Under the pieces are notes generated by a model. The model did no database searches, was not told where the DNA came from, and saw only the letters and a list, made by a program, of their open reading frames with translations. DNA of 64,000 bases, from NCBI GenBank assembly GCA_022813865.1, contig JALDZX010000033.1, positions 62,001-126,000 of the forward strand. The letters are read 5' to 3'. This DNA is from Xylographa opegraphella (Eukaryota). The position numbers were made by a program, and so were the translations under genes. Positions 1 to 11,161 of this stretch are shown in pieces. Within the stretch, counting starts at the first letter, position 1; every line of letters begins with the position of its first letter.

Positions 1-2087
1 TCCCCGTGTAGTTTCCACTCTGTGTCGTGAAGTCGCCAACTTGAGTCAGGCTTGAGATTCTGCCAAGCAAGAACTCCAACATCCTGTAGCCCGCGCCTGG
101 TGTGTACTGGGGTACTTCTGCACGGCAAATCAGCATTGGGAGAGGGGACTGGCGTATTTTTAAAAAAGCTTACCATGTCCGGCGAGATTTACGGTGCAAA
201 ATGTGAACCCTCTCTCGGTGTGCGTCGTGCCCTGAATACCTGCTCCGGCATCGTTGTTGAACGGAATGAGCGCCGCATCCCCCTCATCCACTTCGTTCGC
301 ATCTTCACTGAGCTGGGGATGATAAGGCACGTAAAAAGGATCACCGGGTGCGGTCTGGAAACCTTGCTTGCCATTCCACGTCATGTTTTGGATGGTGGCC
401 AGCGAGCCATTGGCGAAGAGTAAGAAGTCCTTGAGCCCGTGGCCCATAAGGACATTATTGGTCCGCTCAATTACACTAGGGAGAGGTCCAAGACCACTTG
501 GGACCGATTGATCACCCTTGGGGAAGAGATTCGGGCCGCCGCCGCAGATTGAGAAATCTGTTGGAGGTGCGTGGATGACCCTTAAAACAGAGCTTGTAGT
601 CAGCATTGAGCCTTGAAGATTATCATGAGTGCATCCACCAGTCTTCATCAGTGTACAATGGGTTTTATGCTCCGAAGTGTGACTCAAGCCTCAATGGCTG
701 TAGCACTCAAAGAGGTAGTCTTAAGAGTTAACTCACTTTTGAACGTCGCTGCGGTTGAAGTAATTATTGGGCCCGCCAGCGTAGGATGGGAATCCTATTC
801 CACTTTAGATAAACGTTTTCGTTAGAGCTTTGAGAGATATACCTAGCTCATCCCATAAGTACGGACAGAAGTCCAAAATGTGGTAAACATTATAACAAGG
901 ATTCACGTAGGCTGCAGCAGTAGTGAAGTCATCGAAGACGTCGCACCCGTTTCCGAATGCTTGCGGAGCGGTAGGTAGCTTTCCCTTTGGGGGGAAAATG
1001 AGAGCGTCCTCCATGAACTTGGTGAATCCACAGGAGTCGGCCTTTTGGTTGAGAAATGCCAAGTACGTCGCATTGAGATTGAGAATGTTGTTGGCTTGGT
1101 TGACGGCCATCATAGCCGGAGCTACAAGTTTTATTAGCACCGTTTTGGGATCATCGACCACTTCAATAGCCAAGGAGCTCACCTTCCAGCATCGTCTCGT
1201 CGTAGTTGACGCTAGGGTCATTGATTTGGATCCCCTTGACATTGTAGTACTCGGTATTTTTGGCATCAAGCATAGCGCTCGCTATGTAGGGAATCTATCC
1301 ATGGGGTTAGCTCGATTCCGAATCAGTCAGATGGTTGCCGGATCGTGGCTCACGTATTGACCCGCATAGCTCTCGCCAGTAAGATAAACATCTCGACCAT
1401 TGAGTGAAAAGGTTTCCATGAAGTTCTTCCAGAACCCCATGAAGTCTTTCGCAACATCTTCCTCGTTGTTGACGGTGATGTTGCCGGGCGAGAAGCCTGT
1501 TGATACTGGCTGATCGATATAGATCTAAGCAAGTCAGCTTGGTCTACGGGTTTAGAGTCGTAAGATCATGCCATATTGGTGAGGTTCGTCCAGGAATATG
1601 GCGATTTCACTGGGCGAAAAGTACCAGACTGCCATTGGAAGGGGCCGTTTTCCTGGAAAAGACCGTCTAAAGATGAACAGCCGGGCCCACCATTAAGCCA
1701 GATGGTGATCTCGTTCGATGCTGCCGGATTCTCCGAAGGGAAGAACCAAAACCACAATCTATTATGGTTGTTCGCGTTTGAGTCAATCGACAGCGTTCCG
1801 GCATATGATTCACCAATGTCGAAGTTGACCTCAGGCAGGGCACTCCCGTTGACCGCGAATGCTTGATCGGTCTTAGTAGGCTTGGTCCACAAAAGAGTAG
1901 CAGCAGAGTACTTACAAGCTGTCTTGCTCGTGAGGTAGACGGAGTCCTTCACCATCCGAGGGGCTGTGCTTGTGTGGATAACCTGCTGCTTCTTCGGGGC
2001 ATACTTGGCAGCTTTCTTATGTGGGCTCTGGAATGCTGCCAGGGCAGACACGCCCAAAAGCGCCAGCAACGAGAATTCGGCACGCAT
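1..2087 (-). CDS. Secreted serine carboxypeptidase, family S10 (multi-exon; 3' end runs off the window)
   Basis: Signal peptide [28 protein letters not shown] motif; catalytic GESYAG near 1360-1380; NLAGH|EVPQY spliced across the intron near 118-172; GT-AG introns restore the frame where checked. Confidence 0.93.
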
Positions 2088-2664
2088 GATGAATAAATTG
2101 GATTTCCGAACAGCAATAGCAAGAGAGCGGTAGGCCAGGTCGCTCTGCTGGGCGCAGGCGGTTTATATAGCTTGCCATGGCACAATGGGCTGATAACGAT
2201 CGGAGCTCAGCTGGACGGATCAGTACAAGGCTCGTCATTGTCAGTCGGAGATGACGATGAAGCTGCAGAAGCGGGCAAGAGTCAGCATTACGAGGCGGGG
2301 TCGTCCCAGGTATCTATGCTGGACCTGCAGCTTTTGGTTGGCGATCTTCGTTGCGTGCGCGGTTGTGAGCTCCCTAAAGAGGCAAGAGGGCAAGACGCCA
2401 AGATGCCATGCCGAGGTAGGAGGTGGCCGGCAAGGGCCGTCGAGTCGCCGACAGGGAAAGTGAACACGGGACCGGCGTTGGAAGAATCAGATAGGCTCGG
2501 AAGAGAGCCAGGAACCCTTATCGTGCAGGCGTGCAAGAACCCTGCCAACTAGGATGGGAGTGCAGCCTGAGGTACGGACCACGGTACACAGCTCAGAACC
2601 AGACGTTGTACTAGGGGTGGGATAAATTCGTGGACTGCTGACTCATGCTCCGGCCGAGAGCTAA

Positions 2665-2760
2665 AAGAAGGAGAAGAAGAGGAGGAGGAAGAAAGAGAGC
2701 CGGAGGAGGAGGAGGAGAAGGAGGACGAGGAGGAGGAGGAGGAGGAGAAGGAGGAGGAAC
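2665..2760. repeat. Purine-rich (GAG/GAA)n low-complexity tract
   Basis: About 95 bp of gaggaggag/gaagaa between two divergent genes. Confidence 0.9.
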
Positions 2761-3115
2761 ACACTCGATTACGGAGTAAGGTGCTGACTGTTCCAGTGGC
2801 TTGAAGCGGCCCGCCCGCTTGACGCTAGAACTAGACTAGGACCTAGTTCGGGAGCTGTGGCTGATGCTCCTCGTAAGCGAGCAAATCTCTCTGCCCTCCT
2901 CGTGGATCAACGATCTTATGCGTTGAACACGTTGACTGGACGCCTTTCTTGGTGTCAACTCCATTGCCGAAGCCTCCGATCAGTGCAATCTCTGTACTCT
3001 TGGGCATGAATGTACTGATGGTTAGGCACTCGTGGCCATGTATTGTCGACTGTAGGACCGGCGCTTAGCGCCCAATACAAACCCCGTTCCTGCCGGCGAG
3101 CTGCAAGTCGCTTCA

Positions 3116-4792
3116 ATGCCAGAGCGCATCCGACTCCACATCTCCCCATTGAATCCGGAATTGCTAGCTACCATACTACCACATTCTGTCTTGCCCAAGG
3201 CCACTGGCATCTCCTACCATTCGCTACAGAACTTTCCGGAACGCAACTACGGTTACATAGAACTGCCCGTCATGGAGGCCACGAATCTGAAGAAGAAGCT
3301 CAACGGCTCCATATTGAAAGGTTCCAAAGTGCGTGTCGAAGAAGCTCGACCAGAGAAGAAGACCAAGAGATCTGCCGACGACGATGGAGCAGAGGATGAG
3401 ACAGAAACGAGTAGCAAGAGGAAAGCTAAAAAACTAAAAAGGGAAGAAGGTGTTTTACCAGGGTATGAGCTACCGAAGGAGCGTAAGGTCAAGCGAGGAT
3501 GGACAGACCAGATGGCGAATTCGAAAAAGGGTAAAACGAAGGAATCTTCCAAAGAGAAGTCAACCAAGAAGGGTAAACAGGAAACGGCACAGCCTTCCTC
3601 CTATGGCGACGGACCTGAATGTCTTTTCCGTACCACATTGCCACCAAACGCCCCTAAGTCCGAAAATCCGGCTGCTGCAAAGGTGAAAAAGTCTAAGAAG
3701 ACGGTGGGTAGTAAAGCGGATCGTGGAGTTTTGGTGCACGAATTTTCAAACACAACCAAATACCCAAGCTTCATACGAGACAGCCACGCAGTTGATGGCA
3801 GCAAGGCAGCCTTGGAATACATCGATGGGAAAGGCTGGGTAAATAATGATGGTGAAATCATCGAGGCGCCGCGAGCTGAACACCGATCGTCGCGGAGCAC
3901 TCGATCAACGAAAGCGCATGTACTGGACAATCGATCTCTTGAGAATCTTGCCATCGACGACGACAACCTGAGAGTAAATCAGGAGCAGGACGTGGTGCTT
4001 GATTCACCGTCTTCCGGTGACACGTCTTCTAACGGGATAACGTCGTCTGATGAGGACAACCATAGAAGTGAATCGAGTGACAGAGCCGGCGTTCCACATA
4101 CTAATATCGTCCAAGGAGTAAATGCTGAGCCTCTGGACAGAATGAAAACCAGCAAGGGTCATCCAGGACCTGAAAGCAGTCGTGATTCTGATGCAACCTC
4201 CAGCAGTGGCACTTCATCCTCCTCCGACTCTCACGACGAAGACAATCGTCCCACCCTCACTGTGTCTTCAACAGAGGCATCAAGTGAGGTTCATCCGCTA
4301 GAAGCCCTATTCAAACGCCCAAAGTCCAGCTCGTCCGACAGCTTTCGTAAACCGCAGCTGGAAGTGAAGACATCATTCAGTTTCTTCGAATCCGAGGACA
4401 ATAGCTCTGATCATCATCGACTGATGCCTCAGACGCCATTCACACAGCGTGATATGCAATATCGTTCCATCCGTAGTGCAGCGCCAACACCTGATACTGC
4501 TGCACCTGGTAAAAGTGCATTCGGGAATCTGTGGGGTCAGGAAGGAACAGAGGATGATGAGGATGACGAGAGCGGTATGAGTGAAGGTGATGCCCGAGAT
4601 GGTACTCCTTCGGCCAGTAAGAAGAACTCTTCGATTGAGATCACGAACGACAAGCCTCCGGAAAGCGATTTTGCGAAATGGTTCTGGGAGCACAGAGGTG
4701 AGACAAACCGAGCATGGAAGAAGCGCATGCGGGAGGCAAAGAAAGAGAAAAGGCAGAAAGAGAACAAGAGGAGAGCAAGGACCGTTGTATAA
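3116..4792 (+). CDS. Nucleolar-type protein with N-terminal RRM-like domain and Ser/acidic/Lys-rich tail (Nop8/'SRP40-like' fungal family)
   Basis: 558-aa intronless ORF; RLHISPL...NYGYIEL...LKKKLNGSILKGSKVRVEEARP RRM-like; C-terminal FAKWFWEHRGETNRAWKKR plus a basic NLS-like end. Confidence 0.8.
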   Translation: MPERIRLHISPLNPELLATILPHSVLPKATGISYHSLQNFPERNYGYIELPVMEATNLKKKLNGSILKGSKVRVEEARPEKKTKRSADDDGAEDETETSSKRKAKKLKREEGVLPGYELPKERKVKRGWTDQMANSKKGKTKESSKEKSTKKGKQETAQPSSYGDGPECLFRTTLPPNAPKSENPAAAKVKKSKKTVGSKADRGVLVHEFSNTTKYPSFIRDSHAVDGSKAALEYIDGKGWVNNDGEIIEAPRAEHRSSRSTRSTKAHVLDNRSLENLAIDDDNLRVNQEQDVVLDSPSSGDTSSNGITSSDEDNHRSESSDRAGVPHTNIVQGVNAEPLDRMKTSKGHPGPESSRDSDATSSSGTSSSSDSHDEDNRPTLTVSSTEASSEVHPLEALFKRPKSSSSDSFRKPQLEVKTSFSFFESEDNSSDHHRLMPQTPFTQRDMQYRSIRSAAPTPDTAAPGKSAFGNLWGQEGTEDDEDDESGMSEGDARDGTPSASKKNSSIEITNDKPPESDFAKWFWEHRGETNRAWKKRMREAKKEKRQKENKRRARTVV

Positions 4793-5041
4793 GCGCTTCA
4801 TATGTGGTGGATGTCATGTATTGTAGGTAATGGTAACTACCCTAGAAGAAAGTGGCAATATAGAAACATTTGAAAGATCAACATTGCCTATTCAGCATAT
4901 TACTCCGTTTGGCTGACCGCCTTAGTGCCAAGGCTCCCTTTGATCGCTTCTGCTGTGTGTTCAACGTCTGGTTTCTTCTTCCTCTTTTCCACCTCCCTTC
5001 CTTCTCTACACCACCCTAGGCATGGTACTAACAATGGTCGT

Positions 5042-5584
5042 CTATGATGCCGTAACCGGAGCCACCGAACCAGAAGCCACCGCCACCAATGTCGACGTTG
5101 GCGGGTTCAGGACCCAAGAAGGCAGGCGACGATGATCGACCACAACCTCGGCCGATTCATTTCGACGAGGCTCATGATGAACTTCCCAGGACGGCAGGTG
5201 TCGATGGTCGGCAGTCTCCGCCGCCCCGTCATCCCTGGCATGGTGGCCGGTGTAAGGGGGCAGATGGCCATGGTCCGGCACATCCACGGTGCTGTTCTTG
5301 GCGCCGGACAGAGGCGGAAACGGCCCGCCTTCCCTGCTCTCGAGAATGGGGCCACCAGAGAGGATCGGTACGGGATCCAGGTGGGTGGCGGCCGCCGTGG
5401 GTATCGCCTGCATGGTATGCCCGTTCATGCCGTGTGGGAGGACCATTTCGCCGGCCGAGTTGGTCGGGAATGCAGCGGGCGCCCGCTGCGCGGTTTGAGC
5501 CTCGACGGTGTTGCTACCGGTGAGTGGGCGGCTGGCGCAGGTGCCGGCTAGGGCAAGGGCGCAGATGGTGGTGAAGGCCTTCAT
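5042..5584 (-). CDS. Small secreted protein with His-rich internal repeats
   Basis: 180 aa; signal peptide MKAFTTICALALAGTCAS; three DH(G/R)(H/R)LP(P/S)(Y/W) repeats; elevated GC. Confidence 0.75.
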   Translation of the reverse strand: MKAFTTICALALAGTCASRPLTGSNTVEAQTAQRAPAAFPTNSAGEMVLPHGMNGHTMQAIPTAAATHLDPVPILSGGPILESREGGPFPPLSGAKNSTVDVPDHGHLPPYTGHHARDDGAAETADHRHLPSWEVHHEPRRNESAEVVVDHRRLPSWVLNPPTSTLVAVASGSVAPVTAS

Positions 5585-6161
5585 TGTGCTATTGTTCTGG
5601 GATTGAAGTTAGTATGATTGAGTGGTTTGAATAGGAAATGCTACTAGAGGAGTGGTCATTGTGTACGGACGGGCGCGATGTGGTTGGAAGATGGTATTGA
5701 AATACTTGCAGCAGGAAAGATGTCTCACAACTTACGATGTAGTGTGATGAAGAAGTGTTGAGAAAGAAGAGCGACGGGAGGTCCTTGCGGCAGCGGATTG
5801 TTTGTATTTCTGGTAAGTGGTTGCAGAATTCTTGATGCCAGTTGACTTGATCGATTTGATTGATTGTATGCTACGACAGAGGGCACCCGACTATTTATCT
5901 ACAGGAATTTGGATTTCAGTTCTGACTGCCACGCGTGATTTCTCTCCGTTCGCAAATCTGATTGATACGCGATTTGAGTTCAGTCAACGCGAATCAGCCC
6001 TGCCCCTTAGCGAAGTCGGTGGTATTGCCAACACCTATTATTTGCTAGGTGTCTGCTTAATGATGCTACAATAATCGCACTATAATTACAGTGATAGAAT
6101 ATTACAAGAGTGGAGATTACCCAGCGTGATCCCATCCACCAAATCGCCGCCCGCCATACAC

Positions 6162-8099
6162 CTACAGGGTGCGCTCCTCCTTGGCCACTCCCAAACCAGC
6201 CGGCTCGCCACGCTCACTGCCTGAACTCGCCTTACTCTGCAGTCGCTTCGTCTCCAGGAAGGTCTCGAAATTCCTCCGCCGCTGCTGGATCTCCCACTCC
6301 TCATCCTTCATGCGGTTCGAGAGGCGCCCGATTCCCAAGCTTCGTCCCCCGGTGGACCCTTCCTCCTGCGATTCAGTAGTGCTGATACTGTCCTGAGTAT
6401 CTGAAATCAGTGCAGCAGCTTCCTGGTCAGCCCCCGCAGCAGCAACTTCGGTCCCATCCTCCCAGCTCGCCACCTTCCTCAGACTCTCCGCCGTCTTCTT
6501 CCGCCTCAGGCTCTCCGTCAATGACGTGGCATCCTCCTCCAACGCGTGGCTCTCCTCGAAATTCTCATCGCTCTGCGCGTCGCCGCATCCCCCGTTGCCC
6601 CCTCTGGCAATCTCAACAGCTCCGATCTCCTCATCGGAATCCTCTTCATCGCCTTCTTCACTGGAGTCGGTATCGAATGCCGATCTCAGTTCCGGGCCCC
6701 ACTCATGCGTTGCCCCCTGCTGGCTTTCCGCTTCGCCCGCCGCCGGATCACTTCTGTCAGCACTGAGTTCTTGAAGTGCCTCGTGTAGCTGTGTCGATCC
6801 ATGCTGTAGTTCTTGCTGACGCTCTAGTGCCTGGCGGTATTGCTCCGGAACGACGTACCTATCCAAGACCGTCGTCTGCACGTCCGGTGATTCCGATCCA
6901 TCAATGACAGGCTCTGGTGGCGATAGCAGTAGGCTCTCTTGCAGACGACCCGGCACTGGTTGCAGCGGCGAAGAGATAAGCGTCTGACTATCACGCCATT
7001 GGGGAGGCGGCGACGTCGCTTCCGAACCATGGCTCAGGTTCCGGAAATGTAACGCTTTCACGGAATTGTACCTTGGAAGCCAACCGATAGAGACCCGTCG
7101 TGGTGGATGACTGGGAGATTGAGCTTCCGAGAGTAGAGAGGTAGGCGGTGAAGTCGGAGAAGGGGACGACTGGGTTGGTAGAGGGGGTAGAGGTGAAGAC
7201 GCGGGAAGTGATGGCGGAAGAGGCGAAAGCACAGGAGGTAAAGACGGCGAGTGAGGGTTTTCCGGAACGGAAGGAAGAGGCTTCTCAATCGCCTCACCTC
7301 TGAGCCGCGCATAAGCTGCCCTTTTCGCCCTTCCAACATTGCCCTTTGTCGTTGCCGTCTCTGGTACTGTTCGTGTCATGCGGATCTCCAGTCCATCCAG
7401 CTCCGCGATCTCGTCTTCGGTATCCAGGTCCCTCTGTGCGGTGCCTCTCCCTGTTCGTCCTCGGCTGACGCTCCTCACTTCCTCCTCATCGCTCCCGATA
7501 TCTAGCATCATGCTCTCAGACCAGGCCCGGCTCATCGAGTCATCCCTTCTTCTCCGTACACGGCTTCTGCCCCTCAGTCTCTCGCCGACAGCGCGCAGGA
7601 TCTCGATCTCGCGGCCTCGTTCTCGTGCCAGCATGCGCCATCGGTGGGCTTCCCGCTCTAGCTTCCTCCTCCGGTTCAGTTGGGTGTTTTTGCGTCGAAT
7701 GGATAGTACACCCACGCCGGCGCCGAATAAGCCGGCGCAGAATGCAATCACGAAGAAAGCAACGAGAGGCGATATGAATGTGCGGCCGGCATTTGCGGCT
7801 TGCGCAAGAAAGACGATGGAGACGGGTAATGCAAGAAGCAGAAGGACGAGGATGGTGACGAGCGGGTAGAAGAGGAGCTTGTGGTTGCGGGACGCTCTGC
7901 GTCGAGATGAGGAGCGTATGCTGGGGCTTCTGAAGTAAGGATTGACGGTTGGAAGGGGTTGATTCAGAAATCTCTCTCGTTGCTCAGGTGTCATATGGTT
8001 GAACGACGCGAAAGTTCCAAGTGAAGCTTCAGGCCGCAGTGTGTTGGGACGCCTGCTGTCGGAGTTCAGCCCTGCTGGGAGGCTTCGAATGTGTTGCAT
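6162..8099 (-). CDS. Hypothetical membrane protein (two TM helices, long disordered Pro/acidic C-terminus)
   Basis: ORF of about 645 aa from the first ATG at 8099; hydrophobic segments LLFYPLVTILVLLLLALPVSIVFLA and FISPLVAFFVIAFCAGLFGAGVGVL. Confidence 0.75.
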   Translation of the reverse strand: MQHIRSLPAGLNSDSRRPNTLRPEASLGTFASFNHMTPEQRERFLNQPLPTVNPYFRSPSIRSSSRRRASRNHKLLFYPLVTILVLLLLALPVSIVFLAQAANAGRTFISPLVAFFVIAFCAGLFGAGVGVLSIRRKNTQLNRRRKLEREAHRWRMLARERGREIEILRAVGERLRGRSRVRRRRDDSMSRAWSESMMLDIGSDEEEVRSVSRGRTGRGTAQRDLDTEDEIAELDGLEIRMTRTVPETATTKGNVGRAKRAAYARLRGEAIEKPLPSVPENPHSPSLPPVLSPLPPSLPASSPLPPLPTQSSPSPTSPPTSLLSEAQSPSHPPRRVSIGWLPRYNSVKALHFRNLSHGSEATSPPPQWRDSQTLISSPLQPVPGRLQESLLLSPPEPVIDGSESPDVQTTVLDRYVVPEQYRQALERQQELQHGSTQLHEALQELSADRSDPAAGEAESQQGATHEWGPELRSAFDTDSSEEGDEEDSDEEIGAVEIARGGNGGCGDAQSDENFEESHALEEDATSLTESLRRKKTAESLRKVASWEDGTEVAAAGADQEAAALISDTQDSISTTESQEEGSTGGRSLGIGRLSNRMKDEEWEIQQRRRNFETFLETKRLQSKASSGSERGEPAGLGVAKEERTL

Positions 8100-8100
8100 A

Positions 8101-8222
8101 ACGTGCTGAGATGAAGAAAGATCAGAGAGAGAGTCGGCGTCTAGTGGTATGGTCACAGAAGACGTGCTGAGATGAAGAAATATGAGAGAGAGAGTCGGCG
8201 TCTATCGGTATGGTCACAGAAG
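8101..8222. repeat. 61-bp tandem duplication (2 diverged copies)
   Basis: acgtgctgagatgaagaaagatcagagagagagtcggcgtctagtggtatggtcacagaag (8101-8161) repeated with about 4 mismatches at 8162-8222. Confidence 0.92.
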
Positions 8223-9381
8223 ACGAGCTGGGTATTCGAACGAAAAGCTATACGACGTGTTTGTGTTCTTGAGGACGTGATGTAAGAGGGAAACGGAGCA
8301 CACGAAGTGGGAAGTCTTCCCAACGCCCAACGGTATTTTCTGCGGAGCGTTGGTCGCGCAATGGAGTGAATGTTGACGCCGGGGGGATACGTGAATGCAC
8401 GGCTGCGGGCCTGGGACAGCCAGCAACAGACACTTCTTCGGAATGCTTTGGCTACCAGCGTGATGACGGAGAGTGATCCACAGAGAGAGACCTTGTGAGC
8501 TATCAACCCCTTGAACAAGAAGAGATATTTGTGCATGCTCTCCCGACACCAACGCCGAACCGGGATACCTTCCCATCCTCGCCAGTGCTGGACTGTGCTT
8601 TCTTGGCCTTTTGACCAAATTCGCTCATGGTCGTTGACGCTCCAACACTCACCGATTGCATGCTTCGTTTGGACGACCGAAGATCAATTTGAAGAGCGTG
8701 GGTGAATTTCAGCCGTCCTCAACCTACTCTCTTCGTCCACCCTCTTAAAGAAATCAAAACCATGATTAAGTATCCGACTGCGAAACAAACCTTGGCCACA
8801 CAAGTGGAAGCCAAAGCAATTCGATATAGAGAAGAAGAAGAACGTGAACTATGCCTCTGCAACTGGCGGTTTGTGCCTTTATGTTCGACCCAAGCCGAAG
8901 TCGGCGGCATTTGATACGATCTTTCCGGTTGAAGATCACAGTATGTACTAGCAGAGATACTAGCAGATATACCAAATTTACATGAATGCTGTATAAGACT
9001 CGCAAGATATGACGAACGACTGCTGCTGTTCTCCGTCTCTGGCATCATATATAGGTAGCACAGATATACTCACAAGAACAGAGTTCCTTCCGCCATGGAG
9101 AACAAATACAGCCGAAGTGTCGAAGACCAACGCAGTTACAAAGCCGGATTTCACGCCAGCTCATGTGTGATTCGACCTCACCTTTGGCCAAAATCATGGG
9201 TTTGGAGCCCCTTTTCCAGCCTCATGCATATCTAGCTAGCGTATCACGAGAACCGCACGAAATTGGACGCTAATGCTCTGCCGATGGTTACTTGGCAACC
9301 TCCATCTTGAATTATTACACGTGAAGGTTCTCTACCTCTGAACAACCGTCTTACCAGAAGAGTTCGTAGCTCGTAGACACA

Positions 9382-10250
9382 ATGCCGGCCACCGTTCCCG
9401 ACTACATGGAAGCACGAAGATTCAATAGAGCTTGTCGGAAAACGGAGCATGAAGTATGTACTTCTTCCTTCTGCCCTCCGTCCGAATACATCGATACGTG
9501 CAGATCAACTATCTACCATAAATCTACCTATCTCGGCCTTACTAATGCATGGCTTAGTTTGAACAAAATTTCAATGTTGTCTAGTGCTAATGCAGCGGCC
9601 GAGATGCATGCACACCAAGAACATGTGCCTGCCTCAAAAATGGCGCAGTTTGTACTGATCATTGCGGCTGTTGCGCCGAGGACGGGCTCGGCCAAGACCG
9701 CTGCCGCGACTTCTTCAAATTTCTGTTTGGGGTCGATTTCCCCAATGTCCGTATGAATCCCTGCTTCCGTGACTATTGCGAAAAACGACAGGAGAAGCTG
9801 CGTACACAGAATGCTATGAGGTTTATCGAAGAATTACGAATGAAACTCATGGGCGTGGAGTGTGGCGACATGTCGTCTCTGCCTCGTAAGGAGGCATTCT
9901 CTGAAGGCTTTGATAGTAATGTTGTTGAGTGGAAAAAACAATGGGCGAATAAAACTCCTGGAGAGGAGGTGGAAAGGGAATGTCTCGTGCAACGTTTGTT
10001 CAGGCACGCTTTGGGTCTAGAAGAAAATGTCCCCCGAAAGTTTTATTACTCGTTTTGCCAAAACTATTGGGTACAAGGCAACTGTACGTGGCACTGCCCT
10101 ATTTGCAAGGAGTGTAAAGAGTGGAGGGACTGGCATTGCGACGAGTGTAATGAATGTACCTATGGTCAGTCTATTCCATGTGAAGGATGTGGAGGGGTCT
10201 CCCAATCATATCTTTCCATGAGGCGTTATGGTGAGATCGAAGACGACTGA
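9382..10250 (+). pseudogene. Cys-rich CXC (tesmin/TSO1-like) plus C-terminal zinc-binding protein gene carrying two in-frame stops (pseudogene or editing-dependent)
   Basis: Exon1 9382-9453, intron GTATGT..ACTAAT..TAG 9454-9557; exon2 reads [37 protein letters not shown]... in frame with ORF 9753-10250 ([34 protein letters not shown]). Confidence 0.65.
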
Positions 10251-11014
10251 TTCAGCGATTCATTCCGAGTGCTATAATTGTATATACGCAAGCATTGACG
10301 TTCAAAAATTTTTGAAATTGATTATCTGAGCGACAACCATACTTCCCGCACTTTTTTGACTTGCTCATGCTAACAGCTCTCATATGATAGTGAAGCGTTT
10401 CAGGCTCACTCATCCGTCAGCCCTTTCAGTTCCGTGATCGGCCGGCTTTCTCCGTCCAATGTGGTAGACCTGCGATGCATGCTGGATGAGGCATCTGCAG
10501 ATGTGCGGGACCATTGATATTGACGTGCCAATCGGAACATGATAATGAAAACGCCGACGCTCGAACGCCTCAAAGGATGCGATTCCTAGTCGGCTACACT
10601 AGGTCTCAACTAGAACCGAAATCATAGGGCACGCTAACGGTTGAAGAACTACCTAAGGTAGGTACCTAGGTACAGAGCAAGAAACAACTCTACACGAGAC
10701 CAAGCAAGATAGCACTTGGGCACATACCTATGTAATCAACATAACATGACTTTTGGTCCGAAAGCCGTCCACATGCGGCTGAGTAATTGAACCAGCGCCG
10801 CAACTCGTCCAATACTCCTGGGTAAGCTTCACGTAAGCGAGAATCTTACTTCGCGTCATATAGCGGTCAGCTGAATCCCTGGTCCAGCGACAGTAGGACC
10901 AATGAATCGAGAAGAAAATGCGACAAGGGACAAAAACACGAGTAAGAATAGCTGGAGCAGGGACCTTAGTATGTCGGAAAGACAACGTCCGACCTGTTCA
11001 ACCAAGGTCAGCTG

Positions 11015-11071
11015 CGTTGTGCGGTTCGGCCGTCGTTGTGCGGTTCGGCCGTCGTTGTGCGGTTCGGCCGT
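11015..11071. repeat. 19-bp minisatellite x3 (cgttgtgcggttcggccgt)
   Basis: Three perfect tandem copies about 90 bp upstream of the F-box ATG. Confidence 0.93.
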
Positions 11072-11161
11072 CGTTTTGCTCTGCGGCAGACTTCCTAATA
11101 AGAAAGAACTTGAAGTGAAGCTGCCGATTTCAATCAGCCTGAACGGTTCACTCTGTATGTG

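Noticed and set aside
1862..1915. Stop-free 54-nt introns (also 19916-19969 in the P450) as retained coding segments
   Set aside because: Canonical splice signals; short stop-free 3n introns occur by chance and retention cannot be shown
10648..10675. Nested palindromes tacctaaggtaggtacctaggta
   Set aside because: Low-complexity TACC/GGTA motif that recurs in intergenic DNA of this window; no specific function supportable
11015..11071. CRISPR-like array
   Set aside because: Direct tandem copies with no spacers, in a eukaryotic context
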